From positions 23,826 through 87,825 of the forward strand of contig JBBRBY010000004.1 in the NCBI GenBank assembly GCA_038205315.1: a DNA stretch of 64,000 nucleotides, written 5' to 3'. The stretch is from Gemmatimonadales bacterium (lineage in GTDB: Bacteria > Gemmatimonadota > Gemmatimonadetes > Gemmatimonadales > Gemmatimonadaceae). This document shows positions 9,684-19,400 of this stretch, piece after piece (position 1 is the stretch's first letter; every line of letters starts with the position of its first letter). A program made the position numbers and the translations under genes. The notes under the pieces are model-generated. The model searched no databases and was not told where the DNA came from. It saw only the letters and a program-made list of their open reading frames with translations.

Positions 9684-9807
9684 CCTGATGCGACAGTCGC
9701 CGAGCCGGCACGATTCGCATTAGGCGGGGAGTCCGGGCCCCATCTACTACAAACCGCACCAACTCGGCGACACATCCGTTTATCTGCCAGGGAGAATCCC
9801 AGGGCGT

Positions 9808-10860
9808 CTAGACTTCCTCGACCGCCTCCGGCTCCGCTACGACCACTCCGGTGGCCGTTATCCCAAGCAGATTCTTCACCTTCGTCTCGACTTCAGCCAT
9901 CAGCGGTGCGTTGTCCTTGAGATACAGCTTCGCATTCTCCCGGCCCTGCCCGATCCGCTGACTGCCATAACTGTACCACGCGCCCGACTTGTCGATGATC
10001 CCGTTCTCAGCGGCGATATCGAGCACCAGCGACGCGTGACTGATGCCTTCCGCGTACATGATGTCGAACTCCGCCTGCTTGAACGGGGGCGCAACCTTGT
10101 TCTTCACGACCTTCACCCGCACGTGCGAACCCACCACGTCTTCCTTGTCCTTGACCGGTCCGATCCGGCGAATGTCAAGCCGAACCGAGGCGTAGAACTT
10201 GAGCGCCTTTCCGCCCGTCGTCGTCTCGGGATTACCGAACATCACGCCGATCTTCTCGCGCAGCTGGTTGATGAAGATGACAGACGTGTTCGAGCGCGCG
10301 ATCGCGCCAGTGAGCTTGCGAAGCGCCTGGCTCATGAGACGAGCCTGCAACCCCACATGCGAATCGCCCATGTCACCTTCGATCTCGGCCTTGGGAACCA
10401 GTGCCGCGACCGAGTCAATCACCACCACGTCCACCGCACCGGACCGCACCAGTATCTCGCAGATCTCGAGCGCCTGCTCGCCGGTATCCGGCTGCGACAC
10501 CAGCAGATTCTCCACGTCCACGCCAAGCTTGCCCGCATACTCCGTGTCGAGCGCGTGCTCTGCGTCGATGTACGCCGCGACACCACCGTTCTTCTGAGCG
10601 TTCGCCACGACGTGCAGACACAACGTGGTCTTTCCGCTCGACTCAGGTCCGTAGATCTCCGTGACTCTGCCCTTCGGTATTCCACCTATCCCGATAGCGG
10701 CGTCGAGATTGATCGCGCCAGTCGAGATTGCGTCGACGCGCACTCCGGCGGTGCCGGTGCCCATCCGCATGATCGAACCCTTGCCGCAGTTCTTCTCGAT
10801 CTGCGCCACCGCGAGGTTCAACGCCTTCTTCTTGTCGTCCTGCATGGTGGAAACGCCCAT
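9808..10860 (-). CDS. recA: Recombinase RecA
   Basis: Walker [18 protein letters not shown] and [12 protein letters not shown] motifs. ATG at 10860 preceded by a GGAAAGGGG ribosome-binding site. The ORF-track start at 11007 is an upstream extension. Confidence 0.95.
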   Translation of the reverse strand: MGVSTMQDDKKKALNLAVAQIEKNCGKGSIMRMGTGTAGVRVDAISTGAINLDAAIGIGGIPKGRVTEIYGPESSGKTTLCLHVVANAQKNGGVAAYIDAEHALDTEYAGKLGVDVENLLVSQPDTGEQALEICEILVRSGAVDVVVIDSVAALVPKAEIEGDMGDSHVGLQARLMSQALRKLTGAIARSNTSVIFINQLREKIGVMFGNPETTTGGKALKFYASVRLDIRRIGPVKDKEDVVGSHVRVKVVKNKVAPPFKQAEFDIMYAEGISHASLVLDIAAENGIIDKSGAWYSYGSQRIGQGRENAKLYLKDNAPLMAEVETKVKNLLGITATGVVVAEPEAVEEV

Positions 10861-10974
10861 TGATCCCCTTTCCTTTTCGCTGATGTAAGATAACCCAAGA
10901 CTGGCGGATCCGGATTCGTGTTTCCAGGCAAAAGCAGCTGGATTTTGACACTCATGCAAGACCGCGTTGGCCCC

Positions 10975-10989
10975 GAACAAAATACGAAC
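10975..10989 (-). promoter_or_regulatory. GAAC-N7-GAAC direct repeat upstream of recA (candidate LexA-type operator)
   Basis: The plus strand reads GAACAAAATACGAAC, so the recA strand reads GTTC-N7-GTTC. It lies 115-129 nt upstream of the recA ATG in the yraN-recA spacer. It matches the direct-repeat SOS box architecture described for Alphaproteobacteria. Confidence 0.3.
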
Positions 10990-11003
10990 TATCCACCCGA
11001 AAA

Positions 11004-11396
11004 TCAACCGAACTTCCGCAGCCAGAATGCGTCTGGAACGTACTGAATACGGACAGTTCCCTTTCCCAGCAACACACCGACGACATCAAACCGATAGCGA
11101 TCTCCCGAACGCCTGTTCGAAGCCAGCCACGCCCTCGCCGAGCGGGCCAGCTCGCGCTGCTTTTTCCACCCCACCGACTCGGCTGGGGTCCCGTAGTCCG
11201 TACTGAGCCGCGTCCGCACCTCGACGAAAGCAACGAGCCTGCCCGGCTCCTCAGCCTCCTCGCGACACGCGACGATGTCCAGATCGCGGTGTCCGCTGCG
11301 AAAGCGCCGGTCGATTATCGACCAACCCTTGGACCGGAGCCATCGCTCCGCGATCGCCTCACCTCTGATTCCCAGACTCTGCCGATGCGCCGACAT
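11004..11396 (-). CDS. yraN: YraN/UPF0102 family endonuclease-like protein
   Basis: [32 protein letters not shown] ... AFVEVRTR pattern of the UPF0102 family. ATG at 11396 preferred over the longer ORF start at 11450. Confidence 0.8.
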   Translation of the reverse strand: MSAHRQSLGIRGEAIAERWLRSKGWSIIDRRFRSGHRDLDIVACREEAEEPGRLVAFVEVRTRLSTDYGTPAESVGWKKQRELARSARAWLASNRRSGDRYRFDVVGVLLGKGTVRIQYVPDAFWLRKFG

Positions 11397-11531
11397 GATC
11401 GCATTGTATCGGTGCGACAGCGAACGGGCAGAAGCAGTAGCGTACGGCACACATCAAACCGCTTCGTGCGAAACTACGCAGGCGGCATGATGCCGCTACA
11501 CAGTTTCACCGCACGGTAGCTATGTTTTTGA

Positions 11532-11741
11532 ATGCCAAGCATTGCGGTAGGAGATCACGTGCGCATCACGAGCGTTCCGGGCAAGCCACTCGGACGTATC
11601 ACGAAGAGCTTCGCCAGCATGGCGGACGACCGGACGCAGCGCTCCATGGACCCTTACGTGTACGACGTGTGGGTCGAAGCCCAGCAGAAGGAGTATCACG
11701 GGCTCCGCTCGACCGACCTCGTCAAGCCGCGCGCCGACTGA
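11532..11741 (+). CDS. Small hypothetical protein (60-69 aa)
   Basis: Only plausible ORF in the 11397-11756 gap, with non-shadow composition. An in-frame GTG at 11559 has a good AGGAG ribosome-binding site 5 nt upstream, so the start is uncertain (11532 or 11559). Confidence 0.4.
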   Translation: MPSIAVGDHVRITSVPGKPLGRITKSFASMADDRTQRSMDPYVYDVWVEAQQKEYHGLRSTDLVKPRAD

Positions 11742-11742
11742 C

Positions 11743-11768
11743 GCGCCGCGTCGCGCTCAGCGCGGCGC
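11743..11768. terminator. GC-rich hairpin between the convergent small ORF and ftsK
   Basis: GCGCCGCG (11743-11750) pairs with CGCGGCGC (11761-11768) across a 10-nt loop that contains the ftsK stop codon. There is no clear U-tract. Confidence 0.3.
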
Positions 11769-14063
11769 TATTCGGTCAAGGTCTTCCAAGCCCACGAGGA
11801 CGTCGCGTCCGCGCGGGCCGTCCTGCGGACCCAGCACGCCGGCGAGCTGCAACTGGTCCATGATCCGAGCGGCGCGACCGTAGCCGATCTTCAGGCGCCG
11901 CTGCAGCAGTGACGTGGACCCGCTCTGATTCTGGATCACGATCTCCGCCGCTTCGCGAAACAGCTTGTCGCGATCGCCGTCTTCGCCACCATCACCGTCG
12001 TCGCCGGACCCGGAGCGCTCGGCCTCCAATCGTCGCACCGCCTCGAGAATGTCGCTCTCGCTCGGCGTGTCATCCGCTCTAGCCACGCCAGCGCTGCGGG
12101 CCTTCCTGCGAGCGTCGAACCATCCCATCAGACTCTCGGTGTCCTCGCTCGAGATGAACGCTCCCTGAAGCCTGGCTGGTTCCGACTTGCCCGGGGGAAT
12201 GAAGAGCATGTCGCCATTTCCCAGAAGTGACTCCGCCCCCATGCCGTCGAGTATCGTGCGACTGTCGATCTGGCTCGCGACGCGGAATGCGATCCTGCTC
12301 GGAAAATTCGCCTTGATCAATCCGGTGATGACGTTCACACTTGGCCGCTGAGTCGCGAGAATCAGGTGAATGCCAATTGCGCGCGCCTTCTGCGCCAGCA
12401 TGGCGAGCGGCGTTTCCACCTCGCCCTGTACCGTCATCATCAGGTCCGCGAGCTCATCGATGATGACGACTATGTACGGAAGCACGTCGTCGGTGTATTC
12501 GAGATTTTCGAAGCCGACGTTTGGAGTTTTGGGCTTCTTGAGCGGGACCTTGTCGGTAACCTTGCGGTTGAAGTCCTGGATGTTGCGCGCGTTGTTGGCC
12601 GCCAGCAGCTCGTACCGCGACTGCATCTCGTACACCGCCCACTTGAGCACGGCCGCGGCGTCGCGGTTGTCTGTGACCACCTTGTGGCGCAGGTGCGGGA
12701 TGGTGTTGTACACGGAAAGCTCGACCATCTTGGGGTCGACCATCAAAAAGCGAAGCGTGCGAGGCGTGTGGCGATACAGCAGGCTCGTGATGAGCGTGTT
12801 GACGCAGACCGACTTGCCCGAACCGGTTGCGCCAGCGATGAGCAGGTGCGGCATCTTCGCGAGATCGGCGATCACGGGCTTGCCGGCGAGATCCTTCCCG
12901 AGCGCGATCGGAAGTGCGGCGCGCGCGGACTGAAAGTCCGGAGACTCGAGCAGCTCGCGGAACGCGACCATTTCAGGCACCGGGTTCGGAACCTCGACAC
13001 CCACCGCGCCGCGACCCGGGATCGGCGCTACAACGCGGATGCTCTGCGCACGCATGGCGAGCGCGAGGTCGTTCGCTAGATTCGCGATCTGTCGCACCTT
13101 GACGCCCGGTGCCGGCTCGATCTCGAACTGAGTGACCGCGGGACCCGTCGTTCGCCCAACCAGCTCACCGTCCACGCGGAACGTCCGCAGCGCGTCCATC
13201 AGCCGCTGGCCGGCGGCATCGAGATCGCGCCGGTTCGCATCGGCGTTTCGCGGAACCGGCGCCGTCAGCAGATCCGGCGTTGGAAGATCGGCGTCATCAA
13301 ACCGCTGCTGGCCGATCTCCGTGGACTCGATCTCCGCCGCCACGCGCTCTTCGGCGGTCCGTGCGCCGCGCTCCCCGCCGCGCCGGCGGCGCGTTTCGTC
13401 CTTGCGCAGCTCGAGCGGAACGGCCAATGCCTCGTCGATCACCGGCATCTCATCCGGATCAGGTTCCAGCTCCTGGGCGAGCAGTCGCTTCTTGCGAGTG
13501 CGCGGCGGCTGATATGTATCGTCCAGGGCGGCCGCCTGCTCCGTCGTCGCGGCGGGCGCGGCCACGTTGCGGCCGATGATCATCCGGATCGGATTCCACG
13601 ACAGCGTTGCTGCGGCAAGGACGCTGAGCGCCAGGAGGAAAATGAGCCACGCTCCCACAGGACCGGTGAACGCCGTGGTGTAGAAGGCGATAAGCCCCCC
13701 GACTACTCCGGCGAACACGTTGCTCTCGCGCGTGGCGCCCATCGACAGCGCCACGCCGAACGGAAGCACGATCACCATTCCGAGCAGGAAGATGAGCCAG
13801 GACCGATCCTTCCCGCCGCTCAGACGGCCGAACACGCGCAAGGCGTGCACTCCGAGCGCGATCGGAAGCAAGTACGAACCCGTCCAGCCGAACACGGCGA
13901 TGAGTGCTGATGCCGCGCCCGCGCCGACCGATCCGAAGCTCCCCGTGGCGGCGGGTGTTCCCTGAAGTTCGCTCCAGCCGTGCAGCATGAGCGCTCCCGC
14001 GAGAAACACGGCGAGCAGGAGAAGCGCGATCGCCTGGATCTCGCGCTTGAGCGCCGACTCCAT
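11757..14063 (-). CDS. ftsK: DNA translocase FtsK/SpoIIIE
   Basis: N-terminal TM helices, a Pro/Arg/Glu-rich linker, a motor domain with Walker A GATGSGKS and Walker B VVIIDELADL, and a gamma winged-helix (STSLLQRRLKIGYGRAARIMDQL). ATG at 14063 lies 4 nt after the upstream stop; the ORF-track start at 14276 overlaps the upstream gene. Confidence 0.9.
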   Translation of the reverse strand: MESALKREIQAIALLLLAVFLAGALMLHGWSELQGTPAATGSFGSVGAGAASALIAVFGWTGSYLLPIALGVHALRVFGRLSGGKDRSWLIFLLGMVIVLPFGVALSMGATRESNVFAGVVGGLIAFYTTAFTGPVGAWLIFLLALSVLAAATLSWNPIRMIIGRNVAAPAATTEQAAALDDTYQPPRTRKKRLLAQELEPDPDEMPVIDEALAVPLELRKDETRRRRGGERGARTAEERVAAEIESTEIGQQRFDDADLPTPDLLTAPVPRNADANRRDLDAAGQRLMDALRTFRVDGELVGRTTGPAVTQFEIEPAPGVKVRQIANLANDLALAMRAQSIRVVAPIPGRGAVGVEVPNPVPEMVAFRELLESPDFQSARAALPIALGKDLAGKPVIADLAKMPHLLIAGATGSGKSVCVNTLITSLLYRHTPRTLRFLMVDPKMVELSVYNTIPHLRHKVVTDNRDAAAVLKWAVYEMQSRYELLAANNARNIQDFNRKVTDKVPLKKPKTPNVGFENLEYTDDVLPYIVVIIDELADLMMTVQGEVETPLAMLAQKARAIGIHLILATQRPSVNVITGLIKANFPSRIAFRVASQIDSRTILDGMGAESLLGNGDMLFIPPGKSEPARLQGAFISSEDTESLMGWFDARRKARSAGVARADDTPSESDILEAVRRLEAERSGSGDDGDGGEDGDRDKLFREAAEIVIQNQSGSTSLLQRRLKIGYGRAARIMDQLQLAGVLGPQDGPRGRDVLVGLEDLDRIAPR

Positions 14064-14067
14064 CAAC

Positions 14068-14814
14068 TCATCGGTCCCTGTCGGCGCCCAGCCGGACAAG
14101 CTGGCGCTCCGTGAACACCGGCACCAACGGATGGGAATCGATTGCGGCACAGAGCGCAATGTCCTCGTCGAAACCAGCTGCCGAGAGCGCGCGTCCATGC
14201 GCGGCGTCCATGAAGACACTTCCGATGTCATCGCCGTAGTTGCGAGCGAGCAGCGCGCACGAATGAGCGGCGTCATTCATCGAGACATTGGATAGGCGCC
14301 GCGTGATTGTCCTCACGAAGCGGCCAGCACACGCTGCGTCCTCGAGCGCGTAGTGGCCGTCCTGGCCGGCGCAAGCGAGGATCACGTCGGTCCCCCCGCG
14401 CAGCGCAGCCCGCAACATCGCCGTCACCGCCGAGAGGTTTGTGTATGCACCAACGACGATGTCGGCGGCTCCCTGTGCAGCGACCAGCGCACGGGTGCCG
14501 TTCGTTGTGGTCATCAGCACGGTCATTCCGCCAACCGTCGCGTTCGTGAATTGTGCGGGCGAATTGCCAAGGTCAAAGCCCTCGATCGGCAGCATCCTCC
14601 GCTCACCGGCCAGGCGCACATCGCCGCGCTCAAACTGCCGCGCGCGCGTCATGAGCTCGTCGGCATCGGCAAACGGCACCACCGCCCGGGCACCGTTCGC
14701 GAGCGCAGTCACGATCGTCGTCGAGGCCCGCAACACATCGATTACGGCTACCGCGCGACCGGCACAGTCTGCATCGTCCAGTTCGCCGGCCGTCAGGTAT
14801 ACGTCCAACCGCAA
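14068..14814 (-). CDS. 2-phosphosulfolactate phosphatase (ComB) family protein
   Basis: 248 aa. VIDVLRASTTIVTALANGA and the overall layout resemble the ComB family. Physiological substrate in bacteria is unknown. Confidence 0.75.
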   Translation of the reverse strand: MRLDVYLTAGELDDADCAGRAVAVIDVLRASTTIVTALANGARAVVPFADADELMTRARQFERGDVRLAGERRMLPIEGFDLGNSPAQFTNATVGGMTVLMTTTNGTRALVAAQGAADIVVGAYTNLSAVTAMLRAALRGGTDVILACAGQDGHYALEDAACAGRFVRTITRRLSNVSMNDAAHSCALLARNYGDDIGSVFMDAAHGRALSAAGFDEDIALCAAIDSHPLVPVFTERQLVRLGADRDR

Positions 14815-14825
14815 AATGCCAGTCC

Positions 14826-16184
14826 TTAAGTGAGCTCAGCAATGAGCGCGGCACCCTCGCGCTCGAGGAACTTCGTGTCCACCTCGCCAGCCTGAAACTC
14901 GGCGTTGTGCATCACGCGCGCAAGGAATGGGATCGTGGTCGTGACTCCTTCGACGATGAAACTCTCGAGCGCGATCTGCATCCGGCGGATGGCTTCCGGA
15001 CGGTCACGACCCTGACAGATGAGCTTCGCAAGCAGCGAATCGTAGTACGGAGGCACGTTGTACCCCGTGTACACGTGCGTATCGAGCCGGACACCGGGTC
15101 CGCCAGGCGGATGGAAGACATCGATGCGACCTGGCGACGGCTGGAAGTTGCGCGACGGGTCCTCCGCGTTCACGCGGCACTCGATGACATGTCCGCGCAA
15201 CTCGGGCAGCTCGAGTACGCTCAGCCGTTCGCCAGCCGCGACCCGGATCTGCTCCTTGACCAGATCCACGCCGGTGAGCATCTCCGTGACCGGGTGCTCC
15301 ACCTGGATTCGCGTGTTCATCTCCATGAAGTAGAACGAGTTGTCCTCGTTCAGCAGCATCTCAATCGTTCCTGCGCCGACATAGTTGATGGCCTTCGCGC
15401 CGCGGACCGCCGCGTCGCCCATCTCCAGCCGCAGCTCCGGCGTGAGCGCCGGGCTCGGCGCCTCCTCGATCAGCTTCTGGTGCCTGCGCTGCACGGAGCA
15501 GTCACGCTCACCAAGGTGAATCACGTTACCGTGCGAGTCGCCCATGATCTGGAACTCGATGTGCCTCGGACGCGCGAGATATTTCTCGACGTACACATCG
15601 CCGTTGCCGAAGGCGGAAAGTGCTTCGGAGCGCGCCAGCTGGAACGCGCGCGCAAAGTCCTCGGGGTCAGCAGCAACGCGCATCCCCTTTCCGCCGCCGC
15701 CCGCCGACGCCTTGATGATCACAGGAAAGCCGATGCCCGTCGCGAACTGAAGCGCCTCGTCAACGTCCTCGACGGGACCCGGAGATCCGGGCACGATCGG
15801 GACTCCGACTGCCTGCATCGCGCGGCGCGCGGAGGCCTTGTCTCCCATGACGCGGATCTGTTCCGCGGTCGGCCCGATGAACGTGATGTTCGAGGCTGCG
15901 CACGTTTCCGCGAACTCTGCGTTTTCTGCCAGGAAACCGTAACCGGGGTGAATCGCGTCGGCGCCGGTGATCTCCGCAGCCGCAATGAGGCGCGGGATGT
16001 TGAGATATGATTCGCGGGCCGGCGGGGGACCGATGCACACGTCGTCGTCCGCAAAGCGTACGTGCAGCGACTCGCGGTCCGCTTCGGAGTACACGGCTAC
16101 CGTCTGGACGCCGAGTTCCTTGCAGGCGCGGATCACGCGAAGTGCGATCTCTCCGCGGTTGGCTATTAGTACTTTCTTGAACAC
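14826..16184 (-). CDS. accC: Acetyl-CoA carboxylase biotin carboxylase subunit
   Basis: [21 protein letters not shown]-terminus, ATP-grasp motifs ([23 protein letters not shown]), 452 aa. Confidence 0.95.
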   Translation of the reverse strand: MFKKVLIANRGEIALRVIRACKELGVQTVAVYSEADRESLHVRFADDDVCIGPPPARESYLNIPRLIAAAEITGADAIHPGYGFLAENAEFAETCAASNITFIGPTAEQIRVMGDKASARRAMQAVGVPIVPGSPGPVEDVDEALQFATGIGFPVIIKASAGGGGKGMRVAADPEDFARAFQLARSEALSAFGNGDVYVEKYLARPRHIEFQIMGDSHGNVIHLGERDCSVQRRHQKLIEEAPSPALTPELRLEMGDAAVRGAKAINYVGAGTIEMLLNEDNSFYFMEMNTRIQVEHPVTEMLTGVDLVKEQIRVAAGERLSVLELPELRGHVIECRVNAEDPSRNFQPSPGRIDVFHPPGGPGVRLDTHVYTGYNVPPYYDSLLAKLICQGRDRPEAIRRMQIALESFIVEGVTTTIPFLARVMHNAEFQAGEVDTKFLEREGAALIAELT

Positions 16185-16189
16185 CTGCG

Positions 16190-17347
16190 TCAGCTACCGG
16201 ATTCGGTGAACGCGTCCCAGGTTGTGTCGCTGGCGCCAGCGACCCCCTGCACGCGCAAGGCAAACTCGCTTGGACTGGTCGCCGCATTCAGCGCAGCCTC
16301 GTAGCTGATCACGCCGCTGGTGTACCAGTGCATGATACTCTGGTCAAAACTCTGCATGCCGTAGTGCACCGTTCCTTCGCGGATGAGATCCGGGATGTGA
16401 AGCGATTTCTCAACGTCGCGGATGTTATCACGCACCGCCTGCGTATTGATCAGCACCTCCGCGGCCGGAACGCGGCCAGTGCCATCCTTCCTGGGCACGA
16501 GCCGCAGCGAGATGATCGCCTGGAGCGCGCTCGAGAGCATGAACCTAACTTCGCCGGCCTGGTTGGGCGGATAGAACGAGAGGATTCGGTTGATCGTCTG
16601 CGTTGCGTCGGTCGTATGCAGCGTCGAGAAGACCAGGTGGCCCGTGTCAGCTGCCTGGAGCGCAGTGTCCAGAGTTTCAAGATCACGGATCTCGCCCACC
16701 AGAATGACATCAGGGTCCTGGCGAAGCACTCTGCGCAGAGCCTGGGCGAACGTCGTCGTGTCGTTGCCGACTTCGCGCTGATTGATGTGCGAGTTGATGT
16801 CGCGATGGAGGAACTCGATTGGATCCTCGATCGTGATGATGTTGGCGAAGCGGTTTAGGTTGATGTGCTGCAGCATCGCCGCGAGCGCCGTGGACTTGCC
16901 GGAACCCGTGATCCCGGTAACGAGCACGAGTCCCCGGGGCGCGAGCGCGATTTTTTCCGCCACAGCCGGCAGGTTGAGCTCGGCCACCGTACGGGCCTGG
17001 AACGGGACCACACGAAAGGCATACGCGATGGTGCCACGCTGCTGATAGGCGTTCACGCGGAAACGACCCACACCCGGAACGCCTAGCGCATAGTCACATT
17101 CCTTGAGCTCGGTGAACTCTTTCATGTTGCGCGCGGTCATCGTCTGCTCGGCGATGTGACGGACGTCTTCCAGGCGAACCGCCGGAAGCTCCAGCGGCAC
17201 GAGATCCCCGTTGATACGCAACGTGGGGGGACGACCGACCTTGATGTGGAGATCGGATGCGTTACGCCGGACCATCTGCGTCAGGATCGACTTGTAGTCG
17301 AACGACGATGCGCTCGCCGGCGCTCCCGCTTCAACGGTGCTGCCCAT
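16190..17347 (-). CDS. pilT: Type IV pilus retraction ATPase PilT-type (T2SSE family hexameric ATPase)
   Basis: [12 protein letters not shown]-domain, Walker [10 protein letters not shown], Asp box [10 protein letters not shown], Walker [13 protein letters not shown] and His box [11 protein letters not shown]. Length is typical of PilT/PilU. Confidence 0.9.
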   Translation of the reverse strand: MGSTVEAGAPASASSFDYKSILTQMVRRNASDLHIKVGRPPTLRINGDLVPLELPAVRLEDVRHIAEQTMTARNMKEFTELKECDYALGVPGVGRFRVNAYQQRGTIAYAFRVVPFQARTVAELNLPAVAEKIALAPRGLVLVTGITGSGKSTALAAMLQHINLNRFANIITIEDPIEFLHRDINSHINQREVGNDTTTFAQALRRVLRQDPDVILVGEIRDLETLDTALQAADTGHLVFSTLHTTDATQTINRILSFYPPNQAGEVRFMLSSALQAIISLRLVPRKDGTGRVPAAEVLINTQAVRDNIRDVEKSLHIPDLIREGTVHYGMQSFDQSIMHWYTSGVISYEAALNAATSPSEFALRVQGVAGASDTTWDAFTESGS

Positions 17348-17355
17348 GATGTGAC

Positions 17356-17850
17356 CTACGAGTTCGGATCGATGCGGAACAGAACCTGGCCGTACTCTAC
17401 CGGTTGAGCGTTGTCCACCAGTATCTCGCGAACGACGCCATCGAATTCCGATTCGATCTCATTCATGATCTTCATCGCCTCGATGATGCACAGTGTCTGG
17501 CCCGTCGAGATGCGATCCCCGACGTTCACGTACTGCTTGGACCCGGGCTCCGGCGCGAAGTAATACGTTCCCACCATCGGCGACTTGACCTCCAGGTAGT
17601 TCGCGCGCGCCTCATCCGCGCGCGCGGCGGCCTGGCTCTCCGGACTTGGAGCGATCGCCGCCGGCGCGACGGCGGGCGCTGCGGCGGGAAGCTGCATGGC
17701 CATTGGCGCGGCCATTCCGATCGCTCCACGCTGCTGCGGCGTCTTCGAAATTCGGATCTTCATCCCCTTCTCGGTCGAAATCTCGATCGAGTCCACGCTC
17801 GACTCATCCAGCATATCGACCAACTTCTTGACGTAGCGCAGATCAATCAC
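17356..17850 (-). CDS. accB: Acetyl-CoA carboxylase biotin carboxyl carrier protein
   Basis: C-terminal biotinyl domain with EAMKIMNEIE, and an Ala/Pro linker. From the GTG at 17850 the N-terminus (IDLRYVKKLVDMLDES) parallels E. coli AccB and overlaps the pepP stop (GTGA). Confidence 0.9.
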   Translation of the reverse strand: MIDLRYVKKLVDMLDESSVDSIEISTEKGMKIRISKTPQQRGAIGMAAPMAMQLPAAAPAVAPAAIAPSPESQAAARADEARANYLEVKSPMVGTYYFAPEPGSKQYVNVGDRISTGQTLCIIEAMKIMNEIESEFDGVVREILVDNAQPVEYGQVLFRIDPNS

Positions 17851-18944
17851 GCAGACAACTCCAGCAGATCGTGGGTAAAATCGGTGAGTATGCGCGGTCC
17901 TTCCGCGCTGAGATATACGTCGTCCTCGATGCGCACGCCGCCCCACGCCGGCCTGTAGATGCCCGGTTCAATGGTGACGACCGTATCGGTGAGGAGTTTC
18001 GCGGCGGCCATACGCGCCAGCCGCGGCGCCTCGTGGACCTCGAGTCCAATCCCGTGGCCGAGCGAATGGCCAAAGTCCTCGCCGAAACCAGCCGCAGATA
18101 TATAATCGCGCGCGACGGCGTCCGCGCCAGAACCTGTCATTCCGGCTCGAACGGAGCTCGCGGCGCGCTCGTTCGCTTCCCGCACAATCCCGTAAACGGC
18201 CCGGACTTCGTCCGAGGCACGTCCGACGACGACGGTGCGTGTGACGTCGGAACAGTAGCCCCCGCACTCGGCGCCGAAGTCCAGAAGCAGCAGATCGCCG
18301 GACTCGATGACACGCCCGCTCGCTCGCGCGTGGGGCAGCGCCGAGCGCGGACCCGAAGCCACGATCGTCTCGAACGGATGGGCCTCGCTCCCCTCATCCC
18401 GTAGCGCCTTTTCGAGAATCCCGGCGACCTTGAGCTCGGTAAGCCCGACCTTCACCTGCTGCAGCGTGGCAGACAGTGCACGGGTGGCCATTCCCGCAGC
18501 CTCAGTGATCAGGGCCACCTCGTTTTCATCCTTTGATTCGCGCAGGGCCTCGACGATCTCACCCTGGGGCCGCCACTGCCAGCGAGCGCCAGCGGCGTCG
18601 TCGAGAAATCGCTGGAAATCACGGTGAGTAACGTGCGCCGAACCGAACCCGATCACCGCGCGTCCGGGCAGCTGCGAGAGCTCCGCCCAAAGGCCATCCC
18701 AGAGATTCGTCGCTTCCACACGCACTCGCGAAACATCTCCCACTTCGTCGGCAACCTGGGTCTGGTACCGGAAGTCCGTGACCAGGACGCTGTCGCGCGC
18801 GGTCACGAGAAGCAGCGAGCTCGAACCCGAAAAGCCGGTGAGATAGCGGATGTTCGCGCGACCCGTGACGAGGAGCGCATCGAGGTGATTCTGAGTGAGG
18901 GCATCCACCATTCGTGCCACGCGCGCGGGGCGACGATCGGTCAT
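17847..18944 (-). CDS. pepP: Xaa-Pro aminopeptidase / M24 family peptidase
   Basis: Creatinase-like N-domain plus a pita-bread catalytic domain with HSLGHGIGLEVHE and metal ligands (DFG...D...). Confidence 0.85.
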   Translation of the reverse strand: MTDRRPARVARMVDALTQNHLDALLVTGRANIRYLTGFSGSSSLLLVTARDSVLVTDFRYQTQVADEVGDVSRVRVEATNLWDGLWAELSQLPGRAVIGFGSAHVTHRDFQRFLDDAAGARWQWRPQGEIVEALRESKDENEVALITEAAGMATRALSATLQQVKVGLTELKVAGILEKALRDEGSEAHPFETIVASGPRSALPHARASGRVIESGDLLLLDFGAECGGYCSDVTRTVVVGRASDEVRAVYGIVREANERAASSVRAGMTGSGADAVARDYISAAGFGEDFGHSLGHGIGLEVHEAPRLARMAAAKLLTDTVVTIEPGIYRPAWGGVRIEDDVYLSAEGPRILTDFTHDLLELSA

Positions 18945-19384
18945 CGGCCGCGGCCGCCAAGCTGTCGAACCAGGCCGCGGAGCGCCGCTTCGTAGCCGTA
19001 ACTTCCAAGGCCGCAGACCACGGCCACTGCCTTGCCGGCGAGAACGAGCCGGTGACGCTCCCGCTCGCGGGCATGGACGTTCGAGATGTGGACCTCGACA
19101 AACGGAAGCGCAATAGCCGACAAGGCATCGCGGAGAGCGAGGCTCGAGTGCGAGTACGCGCCTGCGTTGATGATCACTGCGTCCGTCGCGCCGCGCAGTT
19201 GCTGCACTGCGGTCACGAGCTCCCCTTCGCCGTTCGACTGGAAGAAGGTTACGACGACGCCCAGCTCCGCGGCGACGGAACGCAGATTCGCCGCAATGTC
19301 ATCGAGCGATTCAGCGCCGTATATCTCCGGCTCGCGTATGCCAAGCAGGTTGAGATTGGGGCCGTTGATGACGGCGATACGCAC
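18941..19384 (-). CDS. aroQ: 3-dehydroquinate dehydratase, type II
   Basis: INGPNLNLLGIREPEIYG and HISNVHARE motifs. GTG at 19384 preceded by a GAAGGAGG ribosome-binding site. The longer ORF-track start at 19672 overlaps the upstream gene. Confidence 0.9.
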   Translation of the reverse strand: MRIAVINGPNLNLLGIREPEIYGAESLDDIAANLRSVAAELGVVVTFFQSNGEGELVTAVQQLRGATDAVIINAGAYSHSSLALRDALSAIALPFVEVHISNVHARERERHRLVLAGKAVAVVCGLGSYGYEAALRGLVRQLGGRGR

Positions 19385-19400
19385 GGCGGCCTCCTTCGCG

